From Octopus sinensis (Eukaryota): a DNA stretch of 64,000 bases. The notes below the pieces were generated by a model. The model made no database searches, was not told the DNA's origin, and saw nothing but the letters and a program-made list of their open reading frames with translations. The stretch covers positions 18,600,001-18,664,000 of the forward strand of contig NC_042999.1 of NCBI RefSeq assembly GCF_006345805.1. Direction: 5' to 3'. Shown here one piece after another: positions 63,573 to 64,000 of this stretch (positions are counted from its first letter, which is position 1; each line of letters begins with the position of its first letter). The translations under genes and the position numbers were made by a program.

Positions 63573-63802
63573 GGCGGTGAGCTGTCAGAATCGTTAGCAC
63601 GCCGGGCGAAATGCGTAGCCGTATTTCGTCTGCCGCTACGTTCTGAGTTCAAATTATGCCGGGGTCGACTTTGCCTTTCATCCTTCCGGGGTCGATAAAT
63701 TAAGTACCAGTTCCGCACTGGGGTCTGTGTAATCGACTTACTACCTATGTCTCTCCTTGTTTGTACCCACTATGTTTAGCCCCTTGTGGGCAATAAAGAA
63801 AT
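63573..63802 (+). mobile_element. SINE family B
   Basis: Full module. Confidence 0.88.
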
Positions 63803-64000
63803 ATGTATATGAAAGTATGTAAATAGCGTATCCGCATGGCTATGTATGTGTTCTAAGTTTATCAAATGCATCTATACACAAGTACACACACGCGTGCGCA
63901 CAAACACACACAGATACACACACATATGTGTATATACCGTATACAGAAATCTACGTTATATACATTGACAGAAGTTACTGGAACGTACACACACTCACGT

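Noticed and set aside
253-63802. tRNA-like A/B-box sequences as tRNA genes
   Set aside because: They lack a complete cloverleaf and continue into SINE bodies and tails.

Overview
AT-rich, repeat-dominated eukaryotic DNA. The tRNA-derived SINE families and dense microsatellites look cephalopod (Octopus-like); this is inferred from pattern recognition, not a database search. Nearly all short ORFs in the track are microsatellite or antisense artefacts. Real coding content: (1) a complete 6,145-bp Helitron (50792-56936, minus) with canonical A|TC...hairpin-CTAG|T ends and a RepHel ORF broken only by one +1 and one -1 frameshift, nested in a palindromic MITE, with a 395-bp non-autonomous Helitron 1.6 kb away; (2) a 5'-truncated CR1-type LINE (3274-6468, plus) with an ORF1 remnant overlapping an AUG-less EN-RT ORF2; (3) an R4/Dong-type LINE (14613-17512, minus) in a (TAA)n tract, split by a MITE, plus an older R4-type fragment and a Penelope-like fragment; (4) a candidate 7-exon host gene (about 9063-22604, plus) that is absent from the ORF track and encodes a small secreted Cys-rich protein. 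Non-coding highlights are a well-formed type I hammerhead ribozyme (1879-1929, minus), a second degenerate hammerhead-like motif, a 302/303-identical inverted SINE pair, modular head/tail-shuffled SINEs and several MITEs. There is a 100-N gap at 34672-34771. No CRISPR array, rRNA or true tRNA gene was seen.
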